A DNA stretch of 64,000 nucleotides from Octopus sinensis (Eukaryota), in contig NC_042997.1 of the NCBI RefSeq assembly GCF_006345805.1, positions 4,216,001 through 4,280,000 of the forward strand. The letters run 5' to 3'. This document shows positions 36,531-52,605 of this stretch, piece by piece. The position numbers and the translations under genes were made by a program. The first letter of the stretch is position 1; every line of letters begins with the position of its first letter. The notes beneath the pieces are model-generated. The model was given only the letters and a program-made list of their open reading frames with translations. It did not search any database and was not told the origin of the DNA.

Positions 36531-37617
36531 ATCTATGGTTGATTAAAGGAACGATGTTATTGATAACATGGAGCATTCACAAAAGAAATGATACAGGATC
36601 ATTTTTGTTTCACGAAATTTAAAAATAATTCACATGCAAAACGATGACATAAGTCATTGTAAACGGCAAAGCTCCGAAATAGCTACACGTTAACTCAAAA
36701 TCACAACACATTATTAGGTTTCCAAGTTGAAGATGGAAAGGAAAAATAAAAACTTTGCTCAACATGTAATAAGAAAATATCTCCCAAAGTATCAGCTGTA
36801 GTCTGCTGTATTCTGATGGCATACTTATTGTGGGATGATCAGTGAAAAAGGGTATACAATTTGCCAGTGTAATATTTTATGGCTCACACTGCATTTGTAT
36901 CAATTACATAAACGTTATAATTAAACCGATGCACTTATTCGCACATAAAATACAGTTAAACATTCACAATGCTTTTTTACTTGAATATACTTCCATGCAT
37001 ACCAAAGTATTTATAGAATAATTAGTTGTCCAGCTCCGATATAATCTCGACACTCTGATTGTTACAACTCCTCGCCTAAATATAATTTGTTGCAGTGCAA
37101 TATCAGCTCAAGATGAACGGGTACATAATGCTAAATTATATTGCTTTAAGCTATTGAAAAGTCATACACACTATTGATTATTCTTAAGACACCATCATAG
37201 TCTGTCGAATTAAAGAAATGATGAATGAATCTGGTACTCACTTTAGCAACTATTACAATTTAGAGGAGATTCGTAGAGGAAGATCACTTCATATAATCCA
37301 TGTTACTTTTCAGTACTTATGAGGCTCATGTCTATGTTGGTTGCTAAGAATGTGGAGTGTATGCTACTATTTATTGACATTTTTTGTTATTTTACCACTA
37401 TAGCATAAACTAATCATTCACTCCGAAATTTTTGAGGAATCAGTCATGTAGCTACGATAGAAAATACCAAGACTTCGTTTTGCTACATATTCAGAGAAAC
37501 GCAAGATCAATATGTGTGCTGTACGAATAACATCGTATTTGTGAATAACCAAGAACTTCCTGAGTAATGTTTTCCAGCGTATAACTTTCAGGTAGACAAA
37601 TGTTGGTGAATACTTAC

Positions 37618-37714
37618 TTTGGCATTTGTTGGTCTTCATTTAAATTTAATACCGATAAGCTAATTTTGAGATGCCTCGATAGAGTGTTAAAATGGCCTTC
37701 TGCGTGGGTGTCAT
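37618..37714 (-). CDS. Candidate internal exon of an unidentified host gene
   Basis: tattgtcag|ATGACACC...ATGCCAAA|gtaagt; 97 nt with one open frame, DTHAEGHFNTLSRHLKISLSVLNLNEDQQMP. Confidence 0.3.
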
Positions 37715-38757
37715 CTGACAATATAGTTTGTTTTTCAAATGATAGTTAACAGTTTTAATCCTGGCAATACTAATCTTCTTGAATTATAGAGAGCTTTACA
37801 GAATATGTATCATATCTGATATGTTAAAGCATTTCATTTTTATCAAGAAAATTACGTCGTTGGCACATGCTCATTTAAACTGTCAAAATATAGTACACGT
37901 AGCACCATTTATTTACAAAATCTTTCAAATATATTTTTTTTCCTTTTTTTGCTTCCAATAATCTATGCCTGTGTTATTATGGTATACTGTTCCAAACACG
38001 TCTTAGTAGCCGTTTTCTTTTAAAAGAAATCTTTCAAATTTATGGAATGTGTTTCTATGTATTCGGTTTCTTTATGGATAATATTTTCGGATGTTTAGTA
38101 ATACATAATTGATACCCTACATATTTACATAAATGTTCTGAGAAAAGTCTTCTAATGACACCGAAGTTATATTACTTGTTTACTAAAATACGTGTCCTCT
38201 ATTTTAATTTAAACCCAAAATTAGTGACGCCTTTTGTAAAGTTACATTATTTATTTCCTCCTGTTTGTGATAGTATGTAAAGGTATGGAAAATCGCTTCT
38301 CTTATTGATACCACTAGCTGTCGATATACTAGTTATGACACTGGAAATTACAATGTGTATTTTTATAGCATTCATTCATTGGCAGTTTAAGAAAGAGTTT
38401 TTAATAAAATGTCGCCCATTGAAACGCTTTACTTGTTCCTGTTTTGTTTAAGAGACCTCTTCTTCCGTTATCACACAATGTAGCTGTTAGGGCTAGGTTA
38501 ATTGGAGATAATGAAACATTACACCGTTCGATAGTATTAAGATATTTCATGCAAGTATCATGTAATGATATTCATATTGATCACCCTTAAACTTAGTATT
38601 ACTATCAATACTAAATTTTGTCACTTCACTTACTGATGTAACGAACTTTTTAGGTACAATAAATAAGATAAACAGACAACGGTAGCAACAATGTAACAAC
38701 ATAACAAATCTCTTTACGAAACAACAATCAATATTCCTTGTGAACTAATCAACCTAC

Positions 38758-38807
38758 ACATTCCGACTCCACTGCGAACTAAGACGACCTTTACCCGATT
38801 CCGAACT
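38758..38807 (-). CDS. Candidate 50-nt exon
   Basis: tttcag|AGTTCGG...GAATGT|gtaggt. Frame VRNRVKVVLVRSGVGM is phase-compatible with both flanking candidates. Weak pyrimidine tract. Confidence 0.2.
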
Positions 38808-39499
38808 CTGAAACTCAATCGGATCATTACTATTTATACTTTACTCGAACCTATCTATCTGTCGCATGAGGGTATCATAACTCAGGTCACAACACTTGCA
38901 AAGTCATAAACTTAAAAAGCGGTGGGACTTAATGAATGAAATCGATTAGAGTATTTGGTTAGTACTTAATTTGATAGAGAAACAGGGCAGAAAGGAAACT
39001 TAAACTTTGCCTGACTTGAAAACTGAATGCAAAAGTTTGTAACAAATATCGCGAAGAATATTCTACTAATAATTCTACTAATAAAACTAATTTTTCTCAT
39101 TACTTAATGAAGTAAATCGCCTAACTTAGGTATCATGCTAGCTGCGAATCCTAAGTTGGGCAAGAAATGTCATTTGTTAGAATATGTGTTCTCACTTGAG
39201 CGTGAATATATTTCTCATTTTTGGTTGGCTAATTTGGTCAGTGTAATTTGAATAATGATTTAATTTCCTAAAATATCGATGCATTGAAAATCGATGATCT
39301 GGATGGAATTTAATGTTCATGACTAATAACGAATACCGTTGTATTAAAGTCCAAAATCAAGTGATTTTCTATCTCGTTGTCAGCAATAGATGTTGATATC
39401 CAGATGTTAACTAATTAAATCATAGCACATTCCTTCTGTGATGTATTATAAATAATAATGACTTGACGATAAGTACCTAATGATTTGATCGGTACTCAC

Positions 39500-39567
39500 A
39501 CAGCGAATGTGGCACCGATAACTTTTATATATTGGCTCAAATGAGATGCAAGTTCAGATTCAAATTT
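39500..39567 (-). CDS. Candidate 68-nt exon
   Basis: aag|AAATTTGAA...GCTGT|gtgagt; frame KFESELASHLSQYIKVIGATFA. A stronger AG 7 nt upstream would put stops in all frames. Confidence 0.2.
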
Positions 39568-39912
39568 CTTTTAGCTAAAAGCATTTTAAAATAATAAAAG
39601 AAATGATAGTAAAAGTTAAAAATGTAATAATTTGGAGTTTTTGTTTGTAGCTTTCATCCATAAAATGAATCATCGAGTCATCTAAAAATACATTCTATGA
39701 ATCTTCATATAACCCTTTGCATTTCTTTGTTTAGGACAAAATTTCTTCAACAAAAAATACATATTCAATTAAGTAAAACATAATTATCATGAATAGCGAT
39801 AACGAAACCGGTCGATATATTAAAAATTATATTAAACTATGTAAGTGTGCGTATTTTCTTTTCTTTAAATCTTACACACACACACACACACACATACATA
39901 CTCACAAACACA

Positions 39913-40001
<89 letters not shown>

Positions 40002-41129
40002 TCTATCCATGCAATATTTGAAAGGTAATACGATATGTGTAGGCTACCAATAACTGCTTAATTGTATTATTCTCACTAGTTTTGGGCACATCGCATGAGG
40101 TAACTGAAATGTCCGCATGTATTGCGTCTTTTAATGTACCATATGAAAGAATAGCAACACTCATGTTACAACTCATTATATCAGATTGAGTTTAAGTATT
40201 TGTTATTGAGTGCCTTGATATTTCGAACCACGTTTGTTATAGACACCTTTTACAACAAGCTGGAGTATTATATATAAAAAAAATATACGTTGTGACCAAT
40301 AAGGAATGCAGGTAAGGGAAAAAGGAATTTATAACGATGATGATAAGGCGAACACAATGGAAAATTCGAAAATGCAGAAGAGATCAAACAAGAAAACTAC
40401 AATGCGAAATAACTAAAATATGATGGATGCTTAAGAACATAAATGTGCAGTAGATATAAAAGATACACTACAAACTGCAAAGCAAGAAGAAAGTCAATGT
40501 ACAGAAAAAATATTAAAGAACATAACGATTAGGGAATACAAAAGAAACACGTTATAGAGAATGATCAAATACATGAATCAATGTAGAAGAGAAAGATTCA
40601 TAAGTTGTTGGAAGTAAGTTTTCATTTGAAATGTTTCTTATATCTTCCAATTATCCAGATCAGTGTTCAAAATATACATATATCTTCATACATCGTACGA
40701 ATATTGCGGCTAAATGGAATAAGTTCTTTGCATGCAATTGTGTATGTGTGTATGCGTATATTAATATATATGCACATATATTCATATACGTATACACAAA
40801 CACACACACACACGCGCGCGCACACACATATATATGTAAGAATATATAAGTATGTATATGTTAACTTCTGAGCGGTCGTACGTGTATGAGCACCAGTTTC
40901 ATAGCATGGATGAAATACGATTTCTTTGTGAATCTGAATGGAAAATGAGTTATATCCGTTACTGAAATTAATAAATATATAAAGGAAATCGCAAGGCAAT
41001 TGAACCTAATCGTGCTTTCACAAATATGACATATATATGCACACAATACTAGAAGCAGACTTACACCCAATCAAATGCGCATAGATATGTGTGTTTTTGT
41101 GCGCATATGTATGCTTGCTTGTAGCTATC

Positions 41130-41419
<290 letters not shown>

Positions 41420-41420
<1 letters not shown>

Positions 41421-41625
41421 CGCTAGCCACCGCACACATTATTCTCTCCTTGTTTCTCTCCTTTCTTTCTGTGTTCTTTTCTGTGGAAGAGCGTAGGCTC
41501 GGAACGTTAAAGACTTTTCAATTCCTGACTTTTCAATTCCTTTTCAATTATATTAATGCAACTGTTTATTTTCTACATCACCTGTCTTCGTCATTTGTTT
41601 TTTCTTTTGTGAATTCTCGATATAT
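41420..41625 (+). mobile_element. Solo pLTR-like short element with degenerate hammerhead-like motif
   Basis: 41476-41514: TTTT-CTGTGGAA-GAGC-GTAG-GCTC-GGAAC-GTT-AAAGA; the body resembles the reverse complement of 23790-23975. Confidence 0.7.
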
Positions 41626-43192
41626 GTATATATATATATATAGTAAATAACCGAGGAAAAGTGATCCTTCAAATATGTGTGTTATCCATCCAATACACCG
41701 GCACGTCAGTTGAACACGATATAAATATAGCTGTAATGAATTACAAAGATAAAGTATGCAGTGATATACTTTTGAAAATCCAGTAATTTACTTATATTAT
41801 AACATTACATAACATACTATGACTTATAATATAACGTAATGTTATGTAACATAAACAATTATTAAAAAAACACGGAAAAGGCCATTGATTCGAGCTATAT
41901 ATACGTTCTGATATACATACACAATTACAGTTCCCTTATATATATTAGTCATTTCAGTGTTATGGTTTTCAAGGTAGACGAAATACCGTGTGCAAGAACT
42001 TCTGGATTGTAAAAATTAATTGAAATGTCTATGTAATGTGAACGTGGGCGTTAACTATTTCATTATACATCAAGAACAATTAAGGACAACAAAAAAACTC
42101 ACGATACAAACAATTAAGTGCAATCCACAACCAAGGAAATTCAATTCATTACATCTTAGACACATGCTAAGCGAAAACCGTTTATGTCCAGGAGAGTCAC
42201 GTCACCATAATATACAACAAATATGCTCGGTGTATATATATATATATATATATAATTATGTATCTAAAATTATATAAGTCTTCTATCTATAACTGCAAGA
42301 ATAATCATATAAACAATTACATCTTGAATACTACAGCAGTTCCATTTATTGAAATTAAATGATATAAAAGAAATTATTGTTAAAATTGACTAATAATTAT
42401 CTATATATTTTTTTGTTTTCTCGGAGGGATATTTCCGTAGTAGATATGAATAGAAACCTAATAAACTTTTTCCTTCTTTACTTAATTTATCCCTGGGTGA
42501 ATTCCGTAATAAACATTAATAGAATTTTAAGGCTGTAAATGCGATAACCAGAGTAACCCATAGATATTTATTTGGGCTATGTTAATGGAAATGAAATTTA
42601 CTATGTTTTTACGGGTAACCATATCTGAAGTTACTTAAGTAATTATTGTTATTAGTATATTAAGGAATGGAGAATTTATTGAATCAATAGAAATCATTAA
42701 TATAAACCAAGTAAGTTCTAGATGAACTAAATAATATTATTATTTACAAAATGAGGGACTATACACATTACAGAGCTAAACTCTATCTGAAGTAACAAAC
42801 AACATTGTTGTAATAATAATACAATTTATAATCTGTACAATTCTATAATAATTGTGTTTTGGTTATTAAATTTATTAAGTAAGTCAAATTAAATTATTTA
42901 TTATTATCACTATTATTATACGTATCATGAAGTAGTTAATATATTCAACAAATGTATTTTTGCACCCATTCCTTTAGTATAATGAAGACATCTTATTTGT
43001 GATATGTATTTAATTACTAAAATAAGGATAACTTTAACATTAACTACAATAATATACACTAAAATGAAGCATTTCAGAATTGGCCTATTAATAATCAACT
43101 TTCGATATTACGTTACTATATATATTGAGATGGCAAAGTAAAATTTATACATATTTACACACATGCACACACATATATATACATACAGATAT

Positions 43193-43246
<54 letters not shown>

Positions 43247-43874
43247 TTTATATATATATATACATACATATATATGTACATATATACACATATACACATA
43301 CACACATATCTAAAAACACATACATGCATATTCTACATACATATAGATACACACGCATCCATATATATATATAAATATATACATTTACACACAAATATAA
43401 ATAGCCATATGATTACATATAGTTACATAGGGATACAACCATTATAAAGTAGGATACAGGAATAGAATATTATATCGTAATACGAATGAGAACTATAACA
43501 AATCTTATTATTATAATGGAAAACTGATGGACGACGAAGTTTGGTGAAACTGAAAGTAGAAAAGTATCCAATTTATTTGTAAATAATAATAATATGATTA
43601 ACAATACTATGATTATTACTAAGAACAGGAGTAGTAACAACACCCGATAATTATCTTCGGTTTAACATCTAAGCACTTCAATAAGGAACATAAATATTAT
43701 AAATTAATTAACAATAAAAGGATTAGCTAAGGTTTCTTTTAGTATCAAAAAGTTTGTTTAGAATTATCTCCTCCTATAAAAACTAATGTTTGGGCAATTT
43801 TCATGAGAAAAGAAAATAATAATAGCAACAACATCAGCAACAAGAACAAGAACAACAACAACAACAACAACAAT

Positions 43875-43905
<31 letters not shown>

Positions 43906-43952
43906 GCAACAACAACAACAACAACAACAATAATAATAATAATAATAATAAT

Positions 43953-45219
<1,267 letters not shown>

Positions 45220-46029
45220 TATAGATAATGATGTAAGTAGAAACTGCGATTGAGGATATGCTAACTGTATATTTATTAAAATTTGTTTACAGAACAATAT
45301 TGTATATAAATGTAGGCTGGATTCGAAACGAAAATTTTTTTTCCATAGGGTCTACGGAAACGTTTATTACAAAACGGACAGCAAACCATGAATACACCAT
45401 GAATACACCATTAGGAATAGAGATAGGTTTAACAGTACTAGTGTAAGTAAATCAATTTGGGAATTGAAGGATGGTAAGAAATCGTACAAATTAAACTAGA
45501 TCGGATAAAATAAATGATGTTAGCTGAAACTTGCGTATAGTTGAATTATATCAGATATTAACATCTAAGAAGAAATTGCGTAATTAAAAACGTAAGAGTG
45601 TTCTATCTTGTACACAAGATTATAAATAGGTGTTTAGAAACTGTTATCGAGTGTATAATTTTGTGCTCGTATGTATCCATTTGTAAATAAACATATATAT
45701 GTATATATGAATAACTAAATATGTGTGCATATGCATATAATTCCTTTATAAATGGGCATATGTACTCTTGCATTTAACTGATTATATCAATGTATAGTTG
45801 TGTAAATGTGCGTGTTTGAGCGTGTATATATCTGTGTCTGCATATATGAGTATAGATGTGGTTGTGTAATGCATATATACATATGTATGTGTGTATATCC
45901 TTTATTGTTTAAGCCGGTACATGTGAGTATATATATATATATATATATGTATATATTTATATATATATATATATATGTATATATTTATGTATATATATAT
46001 ATATATGTATATACTCTCTCTCTTTTACT

Positions 46030-46246
46030 CTATTAATTGTTTCAGTCATTTGACTGTGGTCATGCTGGAGCACCGCCTTTAGTCGAGCAAATCGACCCCG
46101 GGACTTATTCGTAGTAAGCCCAGTACTTATTCTATCGGTCTCTTTTGCCGAACCGCTAAGTGACGGTGACATAAACACACCTACATCGGTCGTCAAGCAA
46201 TGCTAGGGGGACAAACACAGACGCACAAACACACACACACACAGAC

Positions 46247-46277
<31 letters not shown>

Positions 46278-46380
46278 CATACATATATACGACATGCTTC
46301 TTTCAGTTTCCGTCTACGGCACTGAACCCGTAACCAAGTGGTTGGTTAGGAAGCAACTTAGCACATAGCCACTCCTGCGC
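46030..46380 (-). mobile_element. Composite SINE (partial head, internal microsatellite, 3' module)
   Basis: Same architecture as 13290-13682; the head is internally deleted. Confidence 0.8.
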
Positions 46381-46384
46381 CTAT

Positions 46385-46620
46385 TAAAACCTAGCCAGGG
46401 TCATGGGCTCGGTTTCACAGTTTCTATGGCGTATGTGTTCCCAGCTGAACGGAACGTCAGCCCATCGCAGCGTTACTCATTTTTGCCAGCTGAGTGGACT
46501 GGAGCAACGTGAAATGAAGTGTTTTGTTCAAGAACACAATGCGTCGCCCGGTCCAGGAATCGATACCACAATCTTACGATTATGATGCTGACACTCTAAC
46601 CACTAAGCCACGTGCCTCCA
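46385..46620 (-). mobile_element. Family A head SINE with a different 3' module
   Basis: 46455-46620 matches 1945-2083; the remainder does not match 1766-1940. Confidence 0.8.
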
Positions 46621-46660
46621 TATACACACACACACACACCACACACACACACACACACAC

Positions 46661-46714
<54 letters not shown>

Positions 46715-46724
46715 TATGTATGTA

Positions 46725-46800
<76 letters not shown>

Positions 46801-47264
46801 CGTGAATGCATATATATGCACTTTTTTTTACTATGTTATCATATGGATATTTGTATCAGTTGTCAAATGTATTTTATATATATCTGGATGTGAGCGTATG
46901 TATATATATGTAGGTAGGTATATATATATGCATATATGTATGTACAATTACGTATGCAAGCGTGTGCATGTATATATGCATAAATGTATGTATAATGACG
47001 TATATATTTGTGTATGTGTATATGTGTATACATATGTGAATATATAGGTGTTTTTATATATCTGTAAACAAGTATGTGTTTGTGTTTTGTCATCTCGTTA
47101 TATATAACTTAATTTCGAAAAAGTTTGTTACTGCACCAATTCTGAATTGTCTCATTTTAGTGCATATACTTGTAGTTACTGTTAAATGTATCATTATATT
47201 AGCATTTAATAATAATTACATATCACACATAAGAAACCGTTATAATATTATAGTATTATATTAC

Positions 47265-47333
<69 letters not shown>

Positions 47334-47419
47334 TAATAACATATAAAGTTATAATAGTAATAATAATAACGTATAATATAAAAACGTATAGAAGGCGGTA
47401 GAGGCCTTATACAGCTGGT

Positions 47420-48531
47420 AAACTACTATAAAATAACCACCATAGGACTACAAAAATATCTACATCAGAAGGAAGGGAACCTGATACAAATAGCGGCAAA
47501 ACACGAGCAAAACAAAAATCTGTTCTCAGTATTCAAGGACGCTGACAAATACAAATAATAAATCATACCACCCATTAAATATGAGGAGGGACAAGAAGAA
47601 GATGAAGAAACAACAAAAGCTATAAAACAAATGAAATCTAATCTAAAAATAGAACAGCAACGAACCATGATAAAACGATGGCAAGAAAAGCTCCTTCATG
47701 GTAAATACTGGACTAAACTAAACGCAAAAGAAATAGACAAAGAAAAATCCCAGCAATGGTTGAGAAGCTCACGGCTCAAAGCAGAGACAGAGGGATTTTT
47801 AATTGCAGCACAAGACCAAAGCATCCCCACCAGAAATTACTAAAAACATGTAATGAAAATAAATATTACAAGTAACTGCAGAATATGTGGAGATGGACAA
47901 GAAACAATAAATCATATTATCTCTAGCTGCCCAGTCCTGGCTAAGAAGGAATATATTCACATATATGACAGAGTTGGAACCTCCATACATTGGAAGCTAT
48001 GCCGACATTATGTAATAACAACAGAAAAAAGATGGTATAGGCACACACCAGAAAAGGTCACAGAAAACGAGAAAGCAACCATACTCTGGGATATGCCGAT
48101 ACACACAGATAGAGAAATTAAGGCCAACAGACCAGATATAGTTGTCAAAGATCATGAAGAAAAAAAATGCTTTCCAATTGATGTATCAATACCGGAAGAT
48201 GACAACGTGTCTCTAAAACAAATGGAGAAACTTTCAAAATACAAAGACTTGGAAATCTATAATGTGGAATCTAAAAACAGAAACAATTCCTATCATAGTA
48301 GGTGAATTAGGCATGATAAAATCATATTCAGACAAGTACTTAACAAAAACACCAGGACTTACAAACACATATAACATACAGAAAATTGCACTACTAGGCA
48401 CTGCACACATCCTACGCAGAACACTTTTCATACAATAACCATCAGAGCATCACAACAAATCACAGCACATACCTAAGGTACACAGAGCTGCGCTCGGTAG
48501 TGAAGTGAAAACAAGCTATAAAAGAAAACTA

Positions 48532-48534
<3 letters not shown>
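47420..48534 (+). mobile_element. R4/Dong-type LINE 3' end (second subfamily) with CCHC knuckle and RLE
   Basis: 'LKAETEGFLIAAQDQ', 'CRICGDGQETINHIISSCPVLA', 'ILWDMPIHTDREIKANRPDIVVKDH...IDVSIPED', 'IQKIALLGTAHILRRTL'; ends in (AAT)n. Confidence 0.92.
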
Positions 48535-48594
<60 letters not shown>

Positions 48595-48595
<1 letters not shown>

Positions 48596-50228
48596 TTGCA
48601 AAGGCTACCTTTATCAAAGGAAAAATGACAGAGACATCTAACGTTAACCTTGACCAACAGAATATCATAAAAGAACTAGACCCACAGGAGAGCTACAAGT
48701 ACCTAGGGGTAATTGAAGGGAACGGAATAAGGCATTCTGAGATGAAGGAAAGGATCAGGAGAGAATGCTATCGAAGAGTGAGAGCAATACTCAAGACAGC
48801 GCTGAATGCAAGAAACAGGATTGAAGCGATCAATGCATTAGCCATACCACTCGTGATTTACAGTTTCAATATTGTTAACTGGTCAATTACTGAAATATGT
48901 CAGCTCGATAGAAAAATAAGGAAACTGTTGACAATGCATAGAATGAGCCACCGTAAGGCAGATACAGAACGACTCTATCTGCCAAGAAAAGAGGGAGGCC
49001 GTGGTCTTTTGCAACTGGCAATAACAATGAAGATTGCTACAATTGGCCTAGACACCTACCTGAAAAACTCTGAGGATTGGATGTTAAAACTTGTCTCAAA
49101 ACATGAAAACAAGAAAGCATCATACTCAGTCACAAAACAGGCAAAGGAATATTTAAGTGAATTCCGAAAACAACCAATTTCGGAATTAGAGATAGATATA
49201 CAAGAAACAAGCACAGAATAAACTTGGCGCATGAAAACCCGTGCCAAACCTGCGGCCTTAGGTATTCTGAATAATAAATGGCAAGAAAAACCTCTCTATG
49301 GCAAATACCCAAAGAGAGCGAATAATGCGGATATCGACAAAGCCCTGACCCATCAATGGCTAATGGCCTCTGGCTTAAAATCTGAAACAGAGGGGTTTAT
49401 CATAGCAGCTCAAGATCAATGCTACCAACATGAAACAACCAGGCCAACATATTAAAGAACGGCAGTAGCAGTCCAACATGTTGTGTATGCCGACAACAAA
49501 ATGAAACCATTGACCATGTTGTCTCCAAATGCAGTCTTCTAGCGCCTACAGAGTACCTCAGTAGGCATGATAGAGCTGCACAATATATTCACTGGGTAAT
49601 TTGCAAAAACCTGGATTTTCCCCATGAAAAAAAAACTGGTGGGAACACAATCCACCTCCTGTGCTTGAAAATGACCACATCTCACTCCTCTGGAACTTCA
49701 CCATTCAAACTGACAGGAAGATAGATGCAAATAGGCCAGACATCATATTGAAAGACTTCAGACAAAGAACATGCCTCCTCATTGATATGACTGTCCCAAA
49801 CGATATAAACGTATCTGTCAAGACCTACCAAAAACTGAGCAAATATAAAGATCTTGGAATAGAAATCAGCAAAATGTAGAAGCTGAAGACTAAAACAATA
49901 CCTGTTGTCATAGGTGCCCTGGGAATGATAGCGAAAGGGACTGATTGCTACCTAACTCAGATACCAGGAAACCCAAAAATGGCAGAAATTCAAAAGATAG
50001 TGCTCATGGGAACTGCTCATATCCTACGCAAAATACTCTCTATGTAATCCCAATGTTTAAAACAAACGTATTTTTTATTTATTATTTTTTTTATGTATTA
50101 GACATTCACTAGTACAACACAACCCCCCCCCCAATATATGGCACACAACTTCCAACCTGTTGTCTCTTGAGGTCTCTGGGTGAGACTTGGAGCCAACTTG
50201 TACAGACATAAAGCAAAAGTCAAACATA
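48595..50228 (+). mobile_element. R4/Dong-type LINE 3' portion (RT C-terminus, zinc knuckle, RLE)
   Basis: ORFs 48505-49221, 49231-49455 and 49661-49879: 'YKYLGVIEG', 'LKSETEGFIIAAQDQ', 'LLWNFTIQTDRKIDANRPDIILKD...IDMTVP'; (AAT)n on both sides. Confidence 0.93.
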
Positions 50229-50290
50229 GAATAATAATAATAATAATATTAATAATAGTAATAATAACAACAAGAACAAAAAAAAAAAAA

Positions 50291-50339
<49 letters not shown>

Positions 50340-50363
50340 TAATAATAATAATAATAATAATAA

Positions 50364-50620
50364 TGGAAAACCCGTGCTGCAACCATCGATGACATCGCCG
50401 AAAAATATAAGGCAAGGACAGTATTGATGCTAAGGTATTCGAATGAACAGAACATCCAAGAAAACCCTGCAAATTACGAACAGGGAGGAAGTGGAATGCG
50501 GAAGAGGCAGTAAACGTGGCGATTGGAAATTTAAGGCGATTGGAAATTCGGAGTGACGTAAGAAGCAAGTGCCAGTCTAGGGTTGCACAATTTCAGGCCG
50601 TTTTGCAAGGGCAGTGTAAA
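50364..50620 (+). mobile_element. HERO-like RLE LINE fragment
   Basis: With one shift it reads 'KARTVLMLRYSNEQNIQENP..LRTGRKWNAEEAVNVAIGNL', resembling the RTGRKWxAxEAV segment of HERO-clade proteins as I recall them. Confidence 0.55.
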
Positions 50621-52605
50621 AGATGAAAGAGGCAGTGGTACACGAAGTGAGGAAGGAAAAATAATGAAGGCGAAATGTACATTTGGTGCAATGTATTCAA
50701 CAGGGACAGTGCCTGAGACAGTAGGAATATGCAGCCAGTCGCAGAATCTCATCAAAGGAACTTTGAGATTTGGAAGAGACATGGACTTCCTTTCTAATCA
50801 CGTCTACCGTTGACGTTTAACCATCACCGGCGAATTTAATCAGGTTGAACATACAAACAATTGATGAGAGTAGATGCGGAGAAGAGGGAACGAAGGCGTC
50901 TGAGGTGACGGAAGGCTCCTCAGGGAAGGGCCGCAAGAGAAAGACGGTGAGCAACAATGGGTGTTCACCGAAGGAACCTGGGGATGAGGGAGAGGAGGTG
51001 AATGTACTGGTCATGGAGAAGACACACCCTCCCTCAACTGAGAGGAAGAAAAAGAGGAAGAGAAACGGGACATTTCCGGCAGTCGGTGACATAGCACCGG
51101 ACTATCCTGGAACCTTGCCGGTAGAGGTTGTGCCACAGGAAGGGGAAGAGACACCGTTGGGGGGAATTCTGCCGCCAACGGTATAACTGACTATCTCGAA
51201 CCCGGACGAAGAGGAGCTATTGGTCTTTTACAGACACGCAGAGGTAGAAGAGATGGTGGAAAAGCACAATAATAGAGTACCTTTAACCTAAACACAGGAT
51301 CCCGAGTAGCCTCCGCAGATAGCTGTGGAGGTCATAGCAGTGTCTGTGGCATGTAGGCTGCAGGGACTCAAAGAGGATATCGTAGAGACACATAATCATA
51401 CATACATACATTTATACATACATATATACATACATGGATACTTATACAGTGAATATTCAGGCAACACACATATTTATTACGATATATGCATGTGTATATG
51501 CATGTTAGAATATGTTTATAGAATGAAATATTTTGCTTTTAAATATGAAAAAAGTAATAATTTTCACTTTTATCTAACGTATACTTTATATTCTTGTTTG
51601 AATTGTAAGAATAAAATTTAATATCAGACCAATAAGGTAGAAAACTAATTATCTTTTCTCATTAACATTTCACACAATTGATAATGACTACACGATATAT
51701 ATATATATGAGAAAACTAAAAGAAATTATTTTTCACCTATATAGTAACAAATTGAAAAACAAAATAGCCAAATCAATCTCTGTTATGAAAAAAGTGTTAT
51801 TTTTATTCATTTTTAAGAGATTAGAAATGATCACTTTAAATTGTCATACTTAAGAAAAAATCAGTGTTTAGTACATACGTACAAATATAACACACAGGCA
51901 CGCGTGCGCGCTCACACACACAAAAACACATAATAATTAAAGTCGAATATAAGAAAGTGATAAATGATCCAATTCAACAAAATTTCGAAGAAGTAATTAA
52001 GAAAAATGAAATCATATGCAAGTTCAACATACACAAACGCTCACACAAGCACACGCTCAGACACATACACAGACACACACACACACACACACACACAAAC
52101 AAGCACCCCCTTCTATATATGTATGTATATAGTATGATAATACCTAAATATTGAGATTCACTTATGAATATACGTGGGATGTGCGTTAATGTATGTTTAT
52201 AAACAGATGTATAATTGAGTTCTGAATATATAATTATATACACACATGCGCAACCCCCTTGCCACATATGAAAAAATGTAAGTTCAAACTTTAATTGCTA
52301 TTCAGAATTACGTTGGAATTTAAATTGCTATGATACTATTTTCAACAAACTTTTACTTACAAGTGTGTTTGCAAATATATAGTTTGGTGTTATATGTTTT
52401 CTACATCTGGTGGCTGATTATTGACTTCATATATTTCACTAATGTTTTAAAAGTATGAAATGCTGGACTATATACACTGTAGCGTATATATTTCAGCTTA
52501 ATAACGATGTTTTTTCAGTCTAGCCTTCTTTTTTCAACGGAATGTATTTCTTGCAATACAACAAATATTTAGGAACAATCGTTTCAATTTCACCCTATAT
52601 AGTGG

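Noticed and set aside
37242-37345. Minus-strand segment with strong gtgagt donor
   Set aside because: Stops in all three frames from the nearest plausible acceptor.
40077-40170. Possible minus-strand exon (MSVAILSYGTLKDAIHADISVTSCDVPKT|gtgaga)
   Set aside because: No convincing acceptor, and its phase leads to a stop in the next candidate exon.
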